DNA from: Geosiphon pyriformis uo1
Taxonomy: Eukaryota > Fungi > Glomeromycota
DNA: 42,702 bases
Assembly (NCBI GenBank): GCA_016748015.1
Contig: JAAOMT010000430.1
Coordinates: 1 to 42,702 of the forward strand
Direction of reading: 5' to 3'
A program made the position numbers and the translations under genes. Shown piece by piece: positions 38,782 through 42,702 of the stretch. The notes under the pieces are model-generated. The model was given only the letters and a program-made list of their open reading frames with translations, did not search any database and had not been told where the DNA came from. How positions within the stretch are numbered: position 1 is the stretch's first letter; each line of letters opens with the position of its first letter.

Positions 38782-39171
38782 TTATTCTGCCCATTGATCC
38801 AAATCTCTTGCTGTTATCCCTAATTTTTTCCTATTTTCTACTGAAACTAACTGAGCAATTTTCATTAGAGGCAGGAATATTGCCTGTGCTATTCTTTTAT
38901 TTGGCTCTATAATATAGGCTTTTTTTGAGTTATTTTGTAGCATAGCAATAATATTTCCTACATATCTTGCATCAATTATTCCTCCTCTAATGTTTATTCC
39001 CTTTTTTGCTAAACTATTCCTAGATGTTAATTGAACCATTGTTGTTGCTGAAATTTTCAGTGCTATTTTCAGATTAATACAAGTGCACAAATGGGGTTCC
39101 AATTTGATGGTGTTTTTTTCTGGATATCTCAAATCAAATACTGCATCAGTATTATGCACATGTTTTGGCAT
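38782..39171 (-). pseudogene. dut: Trimeric-type dUTPase domain within pol
   Basis: Motifs DAVFDL (I), SRNSLA (II), GGIIDARYVGNI (III), RIAQAI (IV); motif V (FGSMG) is in the adjacent frame after a small frameshift near 38805. Confidence 0.92.
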
Positions 39172-39399
39172 AATACTTTCATCATTATCACTGAACCATT
39201 TCAGTTCTTGCTTTTTGGTGAGGTCAAAGAGTGTGATATATTGTTTGTAGTTTGAATTGGAGTTTGAATCTGAATTGGAATCATTGTCATAGCCATTTTG
39301 AACGGAGCTGGAACCATTATTTTTGTTATTGTTGTTGTTGGAGTTTGAATCAGAATTGGAACTCGATTCTGATTTTGATGTGCAGCTGTTGATTGGTTC

Positions 39400-40200
39400 T
39401 TATTTTTCAGAGGTCATGTAGATCATGCGTGGGGGTGGATTGTAGATAAGATCACATGGAATCAAACAGTGGTCACATAATTGGGTGTTGATTTCTTCCA
39501 AGTGTTGCTCTTGCTCTTCTTTTGTGGGTACTAGATTCTAATAGTGTTTATGGAATTCTTTTGGGCTGTTTTCTAAGTCAATAAAGGCATCCGAGTTGAG
39601 AATCAAAACAATGTCTGTTGGTTCTAGAGAGTTATTTTTGAACTCCAGGATGAAGTGCCTTCTACTTTGGCATTGGCCATTCACCAAATCTTGTTCTCAT
39701 TGTGTGGATAGCTGTCTAGACAGGATATAGCTTGGTGTTATGCTGCTATGATGGGTGTACTACAACTCACCCAGTCGCTAATGAGGATCATGTATTGGCA
39801 TGAAATGTCACATGTTTCTTCTCGACCAGGAATGTCATTCCATATTCCTTCATTGAGTAATTGTTTGCTGTAAGCGAGACATGGTTTGTTGTCCCACTTG
39901 CCTTGTCTTTTTGGGTAGTCATATTGTTCTCTATGGCAAGGCTTACAATAGTAATGAGTTCGCATCCAGTAGTCTTCGTCTGACACTACCCAAGCTTCCA
40001 ATGAGAACAGTTTCTTCCCACAGTCCTTGTATTTGAGAGGTATATATGGTGGCTCTTTTATTGGTTCACGTGAGTATTTTTTTTCCCAGCCACTAGTTAT
40101 TTCTTCTGCAGTGGTGGTTTCTTCAGGTATGTTTTCTTCTCTTCCTTTCCCTTTTTCCTTGTTTTTTTCTTCCCAATCTAGAATTGATGACATCTTACTT
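39400..40200 (-). pseudogene. Cys/His/Trp-rich insert between protease and dUTPase
   Basis: (Y)KDCGK, HYYCKPCH, PCLA(Y), TCDISC, LCDHCLIPC motifs, followed by an S/N/D-rich linker ~39250-39390. Confidence 0.7.
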
Positions 40201-40413
40201 TGGTTGTTGTCAGTTCAAGCATCAATGGTGGCTTCTCAGGTAGGTTTTTCTCTTTGTTTCTCCTTTCCGTTGTCATTGTTGTCCCAGGCAAGTATTGGCA
40301 GCAGTTTGTTGTAGTCAATGTCAGCCCACGAGACTTGGTACACTTCCCAGGTGGGTTTCACTTTTTTTTCCTCAAATTTGATAGGTGGTGTTGATGGCAT
40401 GATGATGGGCTTA

Positions 40414-40800
40414 AAGTGGCCACACGTGGCTGGTACCTGTGTGTGTCAGCTGTTCTGGCTAAGCTAGAGCTCTTGGGTGTTCTAATCTAGGATCGCATTG
40501 GTTTTGGACAGCCAGTTGTTTCCAACAAGTGCTTGGTATTGAGTGGCTTCTATGACAAGTACTTTGATTGGTACTATGATGCTATTGACTTCTATGGGGA
40601 AATTATCAATCTCTCTAATAAGTGTTTTGATCACTCTATTGGCTGTAATAATTCTGGTGCTGGCAGTACGATCAACTTGGCAATCTAATTAATTCATAAG
40701 TTGTCTTGTAATGATGCTGCCAGCTGATCCACTATCTAAGATCAGTTTAATAAAATAACCATCAACTTTTGCATCAGTGTACATCGCGGTGATGAGTTTC
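40414..40800 (-). pseudogene. Retropepsin aspartic protease of B2
   Basis: KLILDSGSAGSII (DSG at 40728-40736)...ALVGNNWL; internal stops. Confidence 0.92.
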
Positions 40801-41380
40801 TCTTCGAGTGCTGTTCCACTGAACAAAGGTGAGTTGATGGTTTTCTCCAATTCAAAAAGAAAGATAGCTGCAAGAGATTCATTTTTGGTGACTGTTGCTG
40901 GTGGAATATTGTTAGTGAGTGTTGTTTGGGGTGGGTTGAATTCCGAGTTGTTGATGGTGGCATCTTCTGGGATAACCAGGAGACTTTAATAGTTCTGGGA
41001 ATTTTGGTTTTGGGTAGAACCAGTACCCAGATTTCACTGTCAAAAGCCTGATGATTGGTGAAAGGAGCTGGAGATTGGTTGATAAACAACTATTGCCAAT
41101 CTCCAGTTTTGAGTGATTTTAGGTCTTGGGTTTCCTGATGTTATTTGAGTGGAGTTTTGAAATGGTGTTTGAATTGGTTGTTGGGGCTAATAAATTATTT
41201 GGGGCTGTGGCTGATAAATTACCGGTGGCTGCAGTTGATAAATTGGAGATTGATATACTGGTGGTTGATAGATTGGTTGCTGTGTCATTGGCAGGTAATT
41301 GGTTTGATATTGGTCTTGATTTGGGTAGTGATTCTGAGTCTGAAATCTGCAATTAGGGTTTTGATATTGATTTCCCGTTT
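40801..41380 (-). pseudogene. S/T/N/P-rich C-terminal part of gag of B2
   Basis: Low-complexity reading frame (ATNLSTTS, ATGNLSATAPNNL repeats) running into the protease. Confidence 0.6.
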
Positions 41381-41384
41381 TATA

Positions 41385-42440
41385 AGATTAATAAAACTGT
41401 ATTTTAATTTAATAAATTTTTTATTTATTTTATTAAATCTTAACAAAAAAAATCTATTTTATTTAAAAAACTAATATTAATCAAAATATAAAAAATACTT
41501 AAAAAAAAGTTGCTAATAATTAATATCTATGTTTTTTCTCAAAAAAAAATTATAAAAAATAAGAACATGTTTTTTTGTATATATATAAACTAATTACTAT
41601 TTATTAAAATTTTTGTATTAATTATTAAATTTTTTGATTAATTTAAAAGTAAATAATAATTGAATAATTTTATAAAATTTTGAAAAAATATATTTTTTTA
41701 AAATTATTTATTTGATAAAAAAGTTTTTTTTACAAATTTTAACATATTAATTAAAATTTTTTTACTGATTGCTAATATATTGATATTTATTATAAAAATT
41801 TAAGCAAATTAAAAAATCCATTTTTTTTTAATAAAAGCATTAAGTATTAGTTCAGATTTAACAAACTTAAAAAGTAAAAGCTTAAAAAATTTATTATTAT
41901 TATTACTTATATTAATAAAAAAAAGATGTTTTAGTAAATTTTTAAATTGTAAAAATAGGTGTAAGTACTTTTTAAAGTTGCTTTATTTATAGCTTTATTA
42001 TTAATTATAGTATTAAATTTAATAAAACTGGTTTCTTTTATTATTATATTCTTTATATTTTTTAAATTTAATACTTTATAAATAGTGCTTTTTTTATTTT
42101 TTACTTTATTATTTTATAATATAAACATTAATTTGCTTTTGAATTTAGGCATATTTATGTTTAAAAAACCAGCATTTAAATTAATTATACTAGTTTTAAT
42201 AACTACTTTTATAGTCTTTTTATTTAAACTATTCAATATGTAAACATATGTATTTTTTTAATACTAAAATAAGTCTTTACTTTAGTCTTATTACTGTTTA
42301 AATTATTAACAAAAGAGCTTATTTGGTTTATAGTATAAATAATAAATAAATTAAAATTATTACTGTTTTATTAATTTTAATTGTAATATAATGAATTAAA
42401 AAAATTAGATTTTATTTTATTTTTCATTTTATTCTGGATA
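41385..42440. other. Extremely G/C-depleted relic DNA
   Basis: Composition like 10260-13856; no credible ORF. Confidence 0.45.
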
Positions 42441-42454
42441 TCCAAATTATTTTT

Positions 42455-42702
42455 TGCAATAGGCTTTGCAGCGACAGTGTATATGATGTTACCAGGTAAA
42501 ATTTGGATTTCAATAACATTAAATTTATTTATGATTTATTTTATTCATTATCCAATCTTTTAATTTAGTTATTTAATCAAATTAGATGCTACTATTATTT
42601 AATAGGGTTAAACGAAATTAGCATTGATCTACAAGGAAACATAGTTAATATTTGTGATTAAATTTTAAGAACACTCATTTAAACATAAAATATAACAGTG
42701 CT
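42455..42702 (+). repeat. Fragment of a family-A-related LTR running off the window end
   Basis: attaaattttaagaacactcatttaaacataaaatataac matches 1475-1514; gcaataggctttgc...accaggtaaaatttgg resembles 1304-1356. Confidence 0.6.

Larger units (their letters stand above)
33949..41380 (-). mobile_element. Ty3/gypsy LTR retrotransposon B2 with dUTPase, 5'-truncated
   Basis: 3' LTR, PPT, IN, RH, RT, dUTPase, PR and gag C-terminal region are colinear; 5' LTR absent, with an abrupt switch to AT-rich relic near 41380. Confidence 0.94.

Noticed and set aside
32550-41474. Antisense or alternate-frame ORFs over the LINE and B2 (e.g. 32550-32912, 33779-34105, 35028, 37528, 40027, 40742, 41126, 41145)
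   Set aside because: Shadows of retroelement coding frames; the motifs lie in other frames.
42487-42697. 211-bp solo LTR with TGTTAC...TAACA ends
   Set aside because: No TSD, and the sequence aligns to the middle of family-A-type LTRs, so the termini are coincidental.

Overview
Very AT-rich eukaryotic genomic DNA, almost certainly fungal. The gene families and retroelement types resemble Glomeromycotina/Mucoromycota, for example Geosiphon-like (inference from recall, not a search). Only one clearly intact gene is present: a small secreted glycine-rich protein with a 4-Cys tail (417-728). Positions ~3.6-10 kb hold decayed host-gene fragments (SAM domain, Crinkler-type domain, possible LRR gene). 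Most of 13.9-41.4 kb is a nested retroelement stack. An old minus-strand Ty3/gypsy copy (A1, 13857-~30945) is interrupted by an unidentified 1.3-kb insert, a truncated family-B gypsy (B1), and a full-length same-family copy in opposite orientation (A2, 20392-27829, 4-bp TSD). An APE-type LINE interrupts A1's 5' LTR and is itself hit by the best-preserved element, gypsy B2 (33949-~41380). B2 has an unusual pol: protease, Cys-rich insert, dUTPase, possible second dUTPase-like domain, RT, RNase H, integrase, then an in-frame ~240-aa extra region ending in the PPT. The repeat pairs I compared differ almost only by C>T/G>A transitions on both strands, including non-CpG sites, with few indels, which suggests a RIP-like mutator. 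Coordinates of degenerate features were read by eye and are approximate.
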